A stretch of DNA of 37,661 nucleotides from Calditrichota bacterium (lineage in GTDB: Bacteria; Calditrichota; Calditrichia; RBG-13-44-9): positions 1 to 37,661 of the forward strand of contig JAJRXE010000322.1 of assembly GCA_024276455.1 (NCBI GenBank). The letters are read 5' to 3'. Under the pieces are notes generated by a model that saw only the letters and a program-made list of their open reading frames with translations, was not told where the DNA came from and searched no databases. Positions within the stretch are counted from its first letter, which is position 1, and each line of letters starts with the position of its first letter. A program made the translations under genes and the position numbers. Shown here piece by piece: positions 16,469 through 25,413 of the stretch.

Positions 16469-17533
16469 TCAATGCTGTTTCTCGGTCACTTCCGTGTTTG
16501 GGAAATAGGTACTCCAGACAAACCAGTACGCCGCGGTGGTGGGTAAATAGCGCAATTGGCGCCCTTGCAACTGTCCTGCCACACAGCGGCCTGTCGCCAG
16601 ATTCCAGGCGGATTGCGTTTCCCGATCGAAAATCTTCCCCGCGCCATTGCGAAAAAAGTGCAAAAGAGTGGTGTCCGTCCGGCTTAAAAAAGCCCGGACT
16701 CCCCCATCTTTTCCCCGGTAAACCACCACCGGCACGCCGCCGATTTGAGTCTGGAGTATTTCGCCTTCCCGTAACAAACTGTCCGGCACAGCCAGCGCCC
16801 GGTTTCCCAGACGTACCCCGTGCACCAGTGTTTTTCCGGGCAAGCGGCCCATGAGCCAGTGAGTCCGGAAGAGGCCTGTTTTCAGGGGCTCTTTAAAATA
16901 CGCATCGTAGGCAGAAAACAGATAATTCCGATCCTTTTTCAAAACCCGGGTGTGGTGATGAGCCGCCAGCCATTCCGCCCAGGTGGTTTGCACCGCCGGC
17001 AAAGTCTCCAGCCGGGCACCCTGCCAGGGACCCAGCAGGGCTTCTCCGGTTACATGACTCCAGTAACTACCCGTCTCCTGATCTTGCATGACCAGGCTGT
17101 TCCGCCACAAGCGCCCCGAAACATAAAAAGTGAAGACATTTGAACCAACTTTGCGGATGTACACGACAGCCGTGTGACAGAGGGGTCACCAGGTTGCGGC
17201 AATGGGGGTTCCGCCTAACACGTCGTTTACAATTTCGTGGCGGTCCAATTGCCAGAGGGAATAGGCAACCGCCTCGCCATTTACCACCAATCCCAGCACC
17301 GGTTCCTCGGGACGCATCTGGGCGGCGACGTCTTCGCCGGTCAAATATTCCGGATTGGTGAGCGCCGGAATGGTACCCGGCGGCAACACCTGGTACATGG
17401 AATCACCACCAATGACCGCCACCACAATTGGCCGGGGCGGCTGGGCGCTTCCCGGTACCAGGAATACCAGCAACATCAGGAGCAGAATTCCGCTCCCCCT
17501 TTTCGAATCGCTTGCCAACACCTTCTCTTCCAT
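16469..17533 (-). CDS. DUF3179-family protein with signal/anchor peptide; candidate selenoprotein (in-frame TGA at 17186-17188 read as Sec in a U-P-L-C motif)
   Basis: Track ORFs 17186..17533 and 16469..17164 share one frame. My minus-strand translation across the junction is ...VNDVLGGTPIAATW-TGA-PLCHTAVVYIRKVGSNVFTFYVSGRLWRNSLVMQDQETGSYWSHVTGEA... This matches the DUF3179 core (VND..GG.P..VT(Y/F/W)CPLC......R......F..SG.L..S..VM.D.ETGS.WSQ) as I recall it. Confidence 0.7.
17158..17179 (-). promoter_or_regulatory. Candidate bacterial SECIS hairpin downstream of the in-frame UGA
   Basis: mRNA: UGA-CCCCUC-UGU(C)ACACG-GCUGU-CGUGUACA. Eight base pairs with one bulged C and a 5-nt apical loop starting with G, 15 nt after the UGA. 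This fits the general bSECIS layout (G early in the apical loop, loop ~16-37 nt from the UGA). Confidence 0.45.
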
Positions 17534-17542
17534 TCACCCATT

Positions 17543-19819
17543 TTAATACAATTTCAGACGCTGCTTTCGTTCCACCGTCTCTCCGCTTCGGCTGTCGGTT
17601 ACTTTCACGGTGAGCCGGTAAATCCCCGGCTCTAAATGACTGGTGTTCAGGGCCACGTATTCGCGGGAATCTTTCTCGCGACCCTGACGGTCGGTGGAAA
17701 TGCTGATCGAATTTTTTGAACCGCCCAACAGGCCAAACAGACGTTTTACCCCACCGGACTTCTTTTCGCTCACCAGGGAGTATTCCACGGTAAAATCGGT
17801 GCGTCCTTCTTCATCTTGCTGAAGATTGTACACCTCGAAATACACATAAAACGGTTTCTCCCGCGAAAAGGCGCTGGAGGGATTGGGAATAATTTGCATG
17901 CCGTTGCGTACAAAGCGTCCTTTTTTGGTGGCCGGTTCCACCTGAACGGCCAGTAAAAGATCGCTCATTTTCAGTTGCGAGGTGGAATAGTCCGGCACAT
18001 CGGTCAGCAAGTTAATACCGCTCAACAGATTGAGTCCCAGCGGCCGCACGTGAAACGCCACATGGTAAGAGTCCGGCGGCAGGGTAAAGCGGTAAAGATC
18101 GATAAAATAAGCGCTGTTTCGGTTACGCACCGGAAACACGTCCCGCTTTTTACTAACCGGATGGTACTCCCGGTCGTAAATGGCAACTCCCCGCTCGAAG
18201 AGAATGTCGCCCTGCACCGCTCCCTGTCCGCGGCGCAAGGAATTCACCGGAATGGCATAGGCCAGCTCCAGTACGGTTTTACCCTTTTCTCCCCGAAACG
18301 TGGCCAGAGTTACCGGCACATTGAGCGGCTTCATGCCTTTTTTCCAGGTGTGGCGATCGATGGACAGCCCCACCTCTACCGATTTGACCGTTTTGTCCAG
18401 CAATTCCTGTTCGTAATCGAAGCGTTCCAGTTCATCCGCCTGCAGCAAACGGTAATACTCATCCCCCCAGCTGATGCGATCTTCCAGCAAACGGGGATCT
18501 TCCAGCAGTGGGCTTAACCGCCAATCGCTCCCGGATTTTCCCAGTAGAAAATGGAATTCCAGACGCGGATTATCCCGGGTAGCGTAATAAAGCCAGGATT
18601 CATTGATAGGGACCCCGTCGCCCTGGGTGGCAATGCGTTCGTCCGGTTTACCGAGACGCAAATAAATCAACCCTTTGTCATTGAACTCGTGGTTTAGATA
18701 GAAAGATTTGGGGTACTTCAAGCGATTCAACTGGTCCGGACTGGCGAACCAGGTTCGAAACCCATCGTATTCGTAATACTTCTCCACATAGACCAGCCGT
18801 CGGTAGTGCTCGGCCAAACGCACATTGGTGCTGGCCGCCGGGGTCGGATCGCGGCGAATCCAGAAAGTGTGAAAGAAATTAATTTTGTCCGGAATGGTTT
18901 TCAGAGCCCGGTATTGTTCCAATTCCTGATCAGTAACAATGTATTTGATGTCCTGGAACACCAGGTCCGCCTCCACATCGTTGGAAATTTCGTTCACCGC
19001 CCGCCAGAAATAGCCTTCGCCCAGGGCGGGATTGTTCTGAGTGTAATAGATTCGTGCCAGAGCCAGATAGATCGGTTGCCGCGGCATCTGCAGACTGTCC
19101 CGCAGCAGGTGAACCAGCGTCTGGCGGGCTTCCGCCAACTTGCCTTCCCGACGAAGCTTCTCTCCGATGAAAAAACGGGCGTAGTCCCAGGGTTGCTGTT
19201 TCAACCATTGAACCGCCTCTTCCAGGTTCCGATGGGTAATATAGTACCGGTACAGGCGGAATATGCCCACCGCCGGCTCTTTCAGTTCCGGACGTAACCG
19301 CATCTGAGCATGAGTCAGACGAATGGCGTCCTCGTATTTACCGCGATACCGTTTCAGCAGGGCGTACTGGTGAAGAACATCCCGAAAAAGGGAATCGCTG
19401 GCCAAAACCGCCTCGCAATAGCGGGCGGATTTGTCCCAATCCCGCTTGCGCATGAGCATGGCTTTGAACTTCCCGGTTTCCCGGTAACTTTGTCCCAGGT
19501 AGTACTGCGCTTCCAGGTTCCCGGGATCGATCTTCAAGATTTTTTTGAATGCATCTTTGCAATCGCCCCATTTTTGCTGCTGAAAGGCGATTAATCCCAG
19601 ACCACGCAGCGCCTCCACCGATTGGCGGTCTTTTTTCAGGATTTTTTCATACTGGCGCCGGGCACTCTTGTACTCCCCGGCCTGGCGAAGCGAATCGGCC
19701 TGGCGCAACCACAAGGCCAGGTCATTTCCCGGAGTCGCCGCCCCCGGAGAAGCGATGAAAACAACGACCCACAGTCCCAGAAAAAAAGTTCGGAAGGTAA
19801 ATGTTTGTTGGGAAGACAT
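17543..19819 (-). CDS. TPR-repeat plus GWxTD-domain protein, secreted
   Basis: Signal peptide; N-terminal TPR-like repeats (AEYKSARRQYEKILKKD, ALRGLGLIAFQQQKWGDCKDAFKKILKIDP, AQYYLGQSY). Central block FFHTFWIRRDPTPAASTNVRLAEHYRRLVYVEKYY...NDKGLIYLRLGKPDE resembles the GWxTD domain. Start moved to ATG 19819 (AAAGGAG 8 nt upstream). Confidence 0.75.
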   Translation of the reverse strand: MSSQQTFTFRTFFLGLWVVVFIASPGAATPGNDLALWLRQADSLRQAGEYKSARRQYEKILKKDRQSVEALRGLGLIAFQQQKWGDCKDAFKKILKIDPGNLEAQYYLGQSYRETGKFKAMLMRKRDWDKSARYCEAVLASDSLFRDVLHQYALLKRYRGKYEDAIRLTHAQMRLRPELKEPAVGIFRLYRYYITHRNLEEAVQWLKQQPWDYARFFIGEKLRREGKLAEARQTLVHLLRDSLQMPRQPIYLALARIYYTQNNPALGEGYFWRAVNEISNDVEADLVFQDIKYIVTDQELEQYRALKTIPDKINFFHTFWIRRDPTPAASTNVRLAEHYRRLVYVEKYYEYDGFRTWFASPDQLNRLKYPKSFYLNHEFNDKGLIYLRLGKPDERIATQGDGVPINESWLYYATRDNPRLEFHFLLGKSGSDWRLSPLLEDPRLLEDRISWGDEYYRLLQADELERFDYEQELLDKTVKSVEVGLSIDRHTWKKGMKPLNVPVTLATFRGEKGKTVLELAYAIPVNSLRRGQGAVQGDILFERGVAIYDREYHPVSKKRDVFPVRNRNSAYFIDLYRFTLPPDSYHVAFHVRPLGLNLLSGINLLTDVPDYSTSQLKMSDLLLAVQVEPATKKGRFVRNGMQIIPNPSSAFSREKPFYVYFEVYNLQQDEEGRTDFTVEYSLVSEKKSGGVKRLFGLLGGSKNSISISTDRQGREKDSREYVALNTSHLEPGIYRLTVKVTDSRSGETVERKQRLKLY

Positions 19820-20008
19820 CCCGAATACTCCTTTCACTCAGGTCGTTTCCGGTTCCCCTTTTCGGAGGAAAAGAGGCCTCCGAAACGTCCCTGAATTTGC
19901 GATGTCCGAGGACATCCTCTTACCGCTCTCTAATATGCAAAATCTCTCACGTTTTTCAAAACGTTTGATTGACGGAAAGGTTTCTTTTCTTCTGCACAAC
20001 AACCATTC

Positions 20009-21766
20009 TTATTTTTGCTGCCGCATTTTGACGGTTCGCAAACGGTTAATGGCGGCGGCGATTTCGAACCGCCGGGGACGCGCGAAGTTGCCGGGGTGTT
20101 TTTCCGCCCGGTGGAAGGGATCCAGCTCGTCCAAACCACGCTCGTCGAAAAAACGTTCCACCTGCCCCACCACTTCTCGCAGAGAATTCTTCCCATCCAT
20201 AAAGCGTTGAACGGCCAGGTGAATGGCGTACCCCACCGCTCGGGTCTGACTCAAATCCACCAACTGTTCCACCTGCCGTAAATCGATCGGTTCGCGTCCG
20301 AAGAGGATCAGATCGCGGGCTTTGGCGTCTATTTTAACCTCCTTTTTACCGCGGGAAGGATCGAAACTGTGCGGCAACGGAATGCGAGGCGTCACCCCGG
20401 AAAAGGGCGCAACATTTTCCCGTTCCCGGCGGGTGGGAAATTTTTCCACCACTTTACGCGCTTCGTCGGTTACCTCGTAAGGAAGGAAATTGCGCATCAT
20501 AATTACCGTGTCCGCCACTTCCAGATAGTCGCCCGAACCACCCATGACCAGTACCGTGGAAACGCCCAGATTCCGGTACACTTCCTGCACCCGATCCAGA
20601 AAGGGCGTAATCGGTTCGTCTTCTTTGTGCACCAGGGCCTGCATGCGGGCATCGCGGATCATAAAATTGGTGGCGGAGGTGTCTTCGTCCAGCAGTAACA
20701 CCCGGGCGCCCATTTCCAGCGCTTCGACAATGTTGGCCGCCTGGCTGGTGCTTCCGCTGGCATCGTCGGTGGAAAACTGGCGAGTGCTGCGTCCATTGGG
20801 AAGATTGTTAATGAATGGACTGATGTCCACCTGCTCCACCCGGCGCCCATCCTCGGCACGAATTTTCACCGCTTCGGCCAGCGTAACCACGTACTCGCGA
20901 CCATCTCCGGGAATGTGGGGATACACGCCCCGTTCCAGCGCCCGCAGCAGGGTGGATTTCCCGTGGTAACCGCCTCCCACAATCAGGGTAATGCCGCGGG
21001 GAATGCCCATGCCGCTGATTTCGGTCACTTCCACCCCATCCTGAAGCAGGGGATTCGGCAGGGGAAAGCTCACCCGCAATTTCTCCGGCGAACGGAAAGG
21101 AACGGCCTGTTCACGGGGCATCGGTCGGTCGCTGGCGCCGCTTTCGCGCGGCAGAATGGCGCCGTCCGCGACAAAAGCCACCAGCCCCTGCTCTTCCAGC
21201 TGCCCGCGAATGGACTCCTGGTTCTCGATGCACTCCACAAAACGGCGCACCTGCGGCTGGGGCAAATTCCTCCAGAAGAGCGCCTGTTCTACAATCCGCG
21301 GTAATTCCTGGCACAGCATGGTTTCCGCTTCGCGTCCCAGAATGGTGCGCCCGCGGGCGGGCAATCCGATTTGAAGCCGGGCTTCCACCCACTCACTTCG
21401 CACCACAACCGCCGTGCGCTGCAAAACTTCCTGCCCCCCGGCATCGATGCTGATTAACCCGCTCTTGCCCATGCCCCGACTTCCCCGTGCAAACCGGCGA
21501 ATGGCCTCGCGGACCGCCCGCGCCAGAAAGTCCTCCAACGCCAGCCGCCGCACCGCGGAGCGGTACAAATCGGGGGGAAAACCAGCTTGCGACATGGCCA
21601 CCCGAACCCGAATTTTCGAGGGCGAGGCAAAGGGATCGCCCTGCACGTGGTCAACAAAAAGAGCGTGGGTGCGGAAACGAAATCCCCCGCTTAAGTCTTT
21701 GTACGCTTTGTACCCTTTTCCGTTAATCCGCTGTAAAATTCCACGCAACGATTCTTCTGTTTCCAT
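20009..21766 (-). CDS. ABC-class ATPase domain protein (COG3044 / PF09818-like)
   Basis: N-terminus LRGILQRINGKGYKAYKDLSGGFRFRTHALFVDHVQGDPFASPSKIRVRV is characteristic of this family. P-loop GGGYHGKST; Walker B VLLLDEDTSATNF. Confidence 0.8.
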   Translation of the reverse strand: METEESLRGILQRINGKGYKAYKDLSGGFRFRTHALFVDHVQGDPFASPSKIRVRVAMSQAGFPPDLYRSAVRRLALEDFLARAVREAIRRFARGSRGMGKSGLISIDAGGQEVLQRTAVVVRSEWVEARLQIGLPARGRTILGREAETMLCQELPRIVEQALFWRNLPQPQVRRFVECIENQESIRGQLEEQGLVAFVADGAILPRESGASDRPMPREQAVPFRSPEKLRVSFPLPNPLLQDGVEVTEISGMGIPRGITLIVGGGYHGKSTLLRALERGVYPHIPGDGREYVVTLAEAVKIRAEDGRRVEQVDISPFINNLPNGRSTRQFSTDDASGSTSQAANIVEALEMGARVLLLDEDTSATNFMIRDARMQALVHKEDEPITPFLDRVQEVYRNLGVSTVLVMGGSGDYLEVADTVIMMRNFLPYEVTDEARKVVEKFPTRRERENVAPFSGVTPRIPLPHSFDPSRGKKEVKIDAKARDLILFGREPIDLRQVEQLVDLSQTRAVGYAIHLAVQRFMDGKNSLREVVGQVERFFDERGLDELDPFHRAEKHPGNFARPRRFEIAAAINRLRTVKMRQQK

Positions 21767-21925
21767 CGTCCCCTGTTCAATTTGTTCGTTTTTCCCAACA
21801 TTTCTTATTCACAACCCCGGTTCCAATTCCCCGAAATCCTTCCCACCGCTCAATCCGGTGTTCCGGTGGGCAACTTCCGGGAGGAAGGAATACCGGGCAC
21901 CGCTTCTTCCGGCCCAACCGCCCGG

Positions 21926-22381
21926 CTATTGGAACATTTTCTCGTACAAATCGTAGTGGTCGCCGCGCATGCCCAGCCGTTCGTACACCCGGCGCGCCAC
22001 CTGATTGCCTTTGTCCACGTAGAGGCGCAAACCGGCCACCCCGGTCCGGTGTGCCTCCTCCTCCACCCATCGAAACATCTGCCGGAACACCCCGCTCCGG
22101 CGCCAATCCGGTTGGACGTACACACTGTGGAGCCACCAGACCTCCCGATTTCGCCAATCACTCCACTCTCTCTGGACCAACAAACAGCCCACCGGTTCCA
22201 CCGCGCTTCTCGCCACCAGATAAAATCCCCGCCAGGGCTCCCGGAAAATCCGCTTCACCCCTTCCCGAACGGTGGATAAATCCAGCTCCAGGTTCTCCGA
22301 CTCCCGAGCCATGAGTACCTGGAAGCGGGCAATGTGCTCCGCATCTTCCGGCCTGGCTGAATCGATGGTAATTTCTCTCAT
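21926..22381 (-). CDS. GNAT family N-acetyltransferase
   Basis: ~151 aa with a GNAT-like core (WWLHSVYVQPDWRRSGVFRQMFRWVEEEAHRTGVAGLRLYV..N..ARRVYERLGM). Start set to ATG 22381 (GGGAG 8 nt upstream), because the track's start at 22423 overlaps the M61 gene. Confidence 0.8.
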   Translation of the reverse strand: MREITIDSARPEDAEHIARFQVLMARESENLELDLSTVREGVKRIFREPWRGFYLVARSAVEPVGCLLVQREWSDWRNREVWWLHSVYVQPDWRRSGVFRQMFRWVEEEAHRTGVAGLRLYVDKGNQVARRVYERLGMRGDHYDLYEKMFQ

Positions 22382-22401
22382 CAAAAAATCTCCCTGCTTT
22401 T

Positions 22402-24180
22402 TCACTTGTCCGGATACAACCACTTGTGGAGGAAGTCCCGTTCCCGCTCACTGAGCGTCTTTTTTTCCGTAACGGTAAAAGCACTCGGACGGGTGTGCGT
22501 CAATAGGGCGGAGCCACTCCGAAGCTCTCCTTTGTGCACCCAGCTCAACTGCACCGGCTGCCCGATCGGTAACGCTTTCAATAGCTCCTCCCAATTCTCT
22601 TCCGAAACCACCTTCCCGTTCACCCCCACCAGACGGTCGCCCCGGGCAATCTCCAACCGATCCGCCGGAGTGTCCGGGTAAACATAATACACGGTAAAGG
22701 GATGTAAGGCTTCGGAATCAAATTTCAACCCCAGAAAGGGGAGCTCCTTCTCGGGACGCAATTCCAATCCTACCCGATTCAGGTATTCCTGTAACGGTAG
22801 CGGTTCCACTCCGGTAACGTAGCGCCAGAAAAATTCCGTGTAATCGTTCCCGCTGTAATCGTTTAAAAGCTGCAGAAACCGGGGCAAATCAAAGGTTTCT
22901 CCCTTTTTGTACACATTCCAGTAAAGGTAACGGAAGAATCCGTCCATGGATTTCTGGTGGTTGGAGGTCAAGCGCATGTCGATGTCCAGCAACAAAGCGA
23001 TCATGGCCCCTTTGGCATAAAACACCCGGAAGGTGTAATCCGGGATGTCGGAATCGGAGATCCAGGAATCGAAACTGTACTGGGCCACCGATTTTAGAGA
23101 GAGGGCCGAATTGTTGAACAGGCTGTTGTAATAGCGCGCCCAGCGTTTGTACACCTCCTGCGGCGCAACAATGCCCACCTTGGCCAGCGGACGATGAGTA
23201 TAGTAGGAAGTAAACCCTTCGCTTACCCAGAGCAACTCGATGTAAACCTCCTTCGTGTAATCGAAGGGAATCAAGCCGGTGGGACGAATTCGTTTCACGT
23301 TGTAGGCATGAAAGAATTCGTGGGTTTCCAGCATCAGCAAATTACCAAAATAGCGCGAATCCGTTAAATCGCCAGACAAAGCTTCCGGAATGGCGCAGGA
23401 CACGTTGGAATTGGCGTGCTCCAGGCCGCCCCGCCCCGGTTTGTCCACTCGTAAAAAGAAGGTGTATTCCCGGTAAGGCAACTCGCCGAACATTGCGGCG
23501 AACCAGTTCACCATTTTGCTGAGATCGCTTTCAATCTGCTTCCGATTGTAAGGGTACCCCCCATTCAAGACAAAATGGTGTGGTACTCCCCGTACCCGGA
23601 AAGAAAACGCAGCCAATTTCCCGAAGAAGGAGGGGGAGTCAATGAATTCATCGTAATCGCGGGCACCGTACTCTCGCTCGCTGTACTTCAGAGGCAGGGA
23701 GGTGTAAAAATCCCACCCCTCCGGGTATTGAAAACGAATCCGCACCGGTCGCTGCTTCTCGCCGTCCACATACATGAACAGATTGGCTCCGTTGTAGTAG
23801 GCAAAATCCGGTTCCAGATGGGCGTTGTACGGATTCCCCGGACTGTAGGCGTACACCTGGTACGAAAGAGACACCTGCCGGACTCCGCTGGTCTTTACCC
23901 GCCAGGTTTGTTTGTCAATTTTCCGGAATGGCAGAGCTTTTCCGGCTTCCGACTCCGCCTGGACCCGCACCACATTTTTCGCCAGATTCTTAATACCGTA
24001 AAACCCCGGCGACCAGGCCGGCATAACGAAATCGACCTGGTCTTTTCCCTCGCTCTGGTAAGTAATTCTCACCGTAAAATAATGGCGGTGCGGTTTCTCT
24101 ATGATTAACTGGTACTGAATTTCTTGAGAGAAAGCCCCGGTCACAATTACCAGGAACAAGACCAGCACAAAACGTTTCAT
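22402..24180 (-). CDS. Peptidase M61 (glycyl aminopeptidase-like) with C-terminal PDZ domain
   Basis: Signal peptide, HEFFHAYNVKRIRP zinc motif, and a C-terminal PDZ-like segment (ADRLEIARGDRLVGVNGKVV). RBS AAGGAGG. Confidence 0.9.
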   Translation of the reverse strand: MKRFVLVLFLVIVTGAFSQEIQYQLIIEKPHRHYFTVRITYQSEGKDQVDFVMPAWSPGFYGIKNLAKNVVRVQAESEAGKALPFRKIDKQTWRVKTSGVRQVSLSYQVYAYSPGNPYNAHLEPDFAYYNGANLFMYVDGEKQRPVRIRFQYPEGWDFYTSLPLKYSEREYGARDYDEFIDSPSFFGKLAAFSFRVRGVPHHFVLNGGYPYNRKQIESDLSKMVNWFAAMFGELPYREYTFFLRVDKPGRGGLEHANSNVSCAIPEALSGDLTDSRYFGNLLMLETHEFFHAYNVKRIRPTGLIPFDYTKEVYIELLWVSEGFTSYYTHRPLAKVGIVAPQEVYKRWARYYNSLFNNSALSLKSVAQYSFDSWISDSDIPDYTFRVFYAKGAMIALLLDIDMRLTSNHQKSMDGFFRYLYWNVYKKGETFDLPRFLQLLNDYSGNDYTEFFWRYVTGVEPLPLQEYLNRVGLELRPEKELPFLGLKFDSEALHPFTVYYVYPDTPADRLEIARGDRLVGVNGKVVSEENWEELLKALPIGQPVQLSWVHKGELRSGSALLTHTRPSAFTVTEKKTLSERERDFLHKWLYPDK

Positions 24181-24455
24181 TTATCGGTCCTCCTTCGCTG
24201 AATTTGAAAATTTCTTTACACTAAGACCTAAAATATAAACAAAACGAGTCAAATCACAATCCAAAAAAATACGAACCCCCGGCCGGAGTAATCTCCTTCC
24301 TTCGGGTTGAAATTTCAATTTTCAGAGTGCTTTCTGGAAACAGATCGGGAGGGAATTTCCGGGGACTTTTTTAGCGGTGGGACTTTTTCGGTTTTACCGG
24401 TTCGGATTTTTTAATATATTTTTTTACACAACGCAAGCAACAGAAAGGCCGGTCC

Positions 24456-24809
24456 ATGAAGCAACATCTCTATTTCTACCGGGCGACCGTAATCTCGGTG
24501 TACGATGGGGACACCATTCGGGTGAATTTGGACCTGGGATTCAAGACCTGGATTAAGAATGAGAAAATCCGCCTGGCGCGCATTAATGCCCCGGAACTGC
24601 GGGGAACAGAACGGGAATCCGGGTTGCGCGCCCGGGATTTTTTACGGGAACAAATTTTAGGGAAAGAGGTGGTGCTGCAAACTCTGAAAGACCGCCAGGG
24701 AAAATACGGGCGCTATCTGGCGGAAATCTGGCTGGAAAAAGAGGGTCGCTGGGTAAACATCAACGACCTGCTGGTGGAAAAAGGGTTTGCGGTCCCCATG
24801 TACGGTTGA
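24456..24809 (+). CDS. Small thermonuclease (staphylococcal nuclease, SNase-like) family protein
   Basis: VYDGDTIRV...IRLARINAPE...GKYGRYLAEIW...LLVEKGFA follows the SNase OB-fold pattern. The usual DxPE appears as NAPE. No signal peptide. Confidence 0.8.
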   Translation: MKQHLYFYRATVISVYDGDTIRVNLDLGFKTWIKNEKIRLARINAPELRGTERESGLRARDFLREQILGKEVVLQTLKDRQGKYGRYLAEIWLEKEGRWVNINDLLVEKGFAVPMYG

Positions 24810-24822
24810 GTCTGTCCCCCGA

Positions 24823-25335
24823 TTAAAAATCGCGGGGCGGCAGTCGAAAGCGCCGGTACATTCTGAAAACGAGGTAGCCCAACGCCAGGATGTAAATCGC
24901 CACAGGTACCCAGAACGGAGCCGCGGCAACGGTTTCCTTTTCCCGCAGGTTGACCCGGATACTCATCTGAAAAACAATCAACAACAAAGCAAAGGTCAGG
25001 TTGTTAATCCACCAAACGTACCCCTGCAGAACCGGAATGGTCTGGCTTCTCCGCTCCCCCGAGAGCCAATAATCTCGATTCGGAATATTAACCAGGGCGC
25101 CCGGGAAGCGAGGAAGCAACCGGCTTATTCCCAGAAAAATCAGCGTATTCAATCCCAGCACAGACCAGAAAATCGCTGCAAACGTTTCCCGGCGGGCCCA
25201 GTTGTCCGGTAATCCTCTGAAATTGAAATGAATGGCTACCTTTTCAGGAAGTTGCGGAAAATAATAGAATTGCTGAATGATGGCTAAAACGACCAACGCC
25301 AAAAACACTCGTTGCGCCAACCGCCGATCTTCCAT
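24823..25335 (-). CDS. DUF1648-domain membrane protein (SdpI-like)
   Basis: YYFPQLPEKVAIHFNFRGLPDNWARRE matches the DUF1648 N-terminal pattern and is followed by three further TM segments. Confidence 0.7.
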   Translation of the reverse strand: MEDRRLAQRVFLALVVLAIIQQFYYFPQLPEKVAIHFNFRGLPDNWARRETFAAIFWSVLGLNTLIFLGISRLLPRFPGALVNIPNRDYWLSGERRSQTIPVLQGYVWWINNLTFALLLIVFQMSIRVNLREKETVAAAPFWVPVAIYILALGYLVFRMYRRFRLPPRDF

Positions 25336-25413
25336 CTCGCCTTATTCTCCCAGATTTTTATGCCTGAACGGCTAAGGTTGAATTTTTTCGGCGGACTTAA
25401 GAACAGTCGGGAT

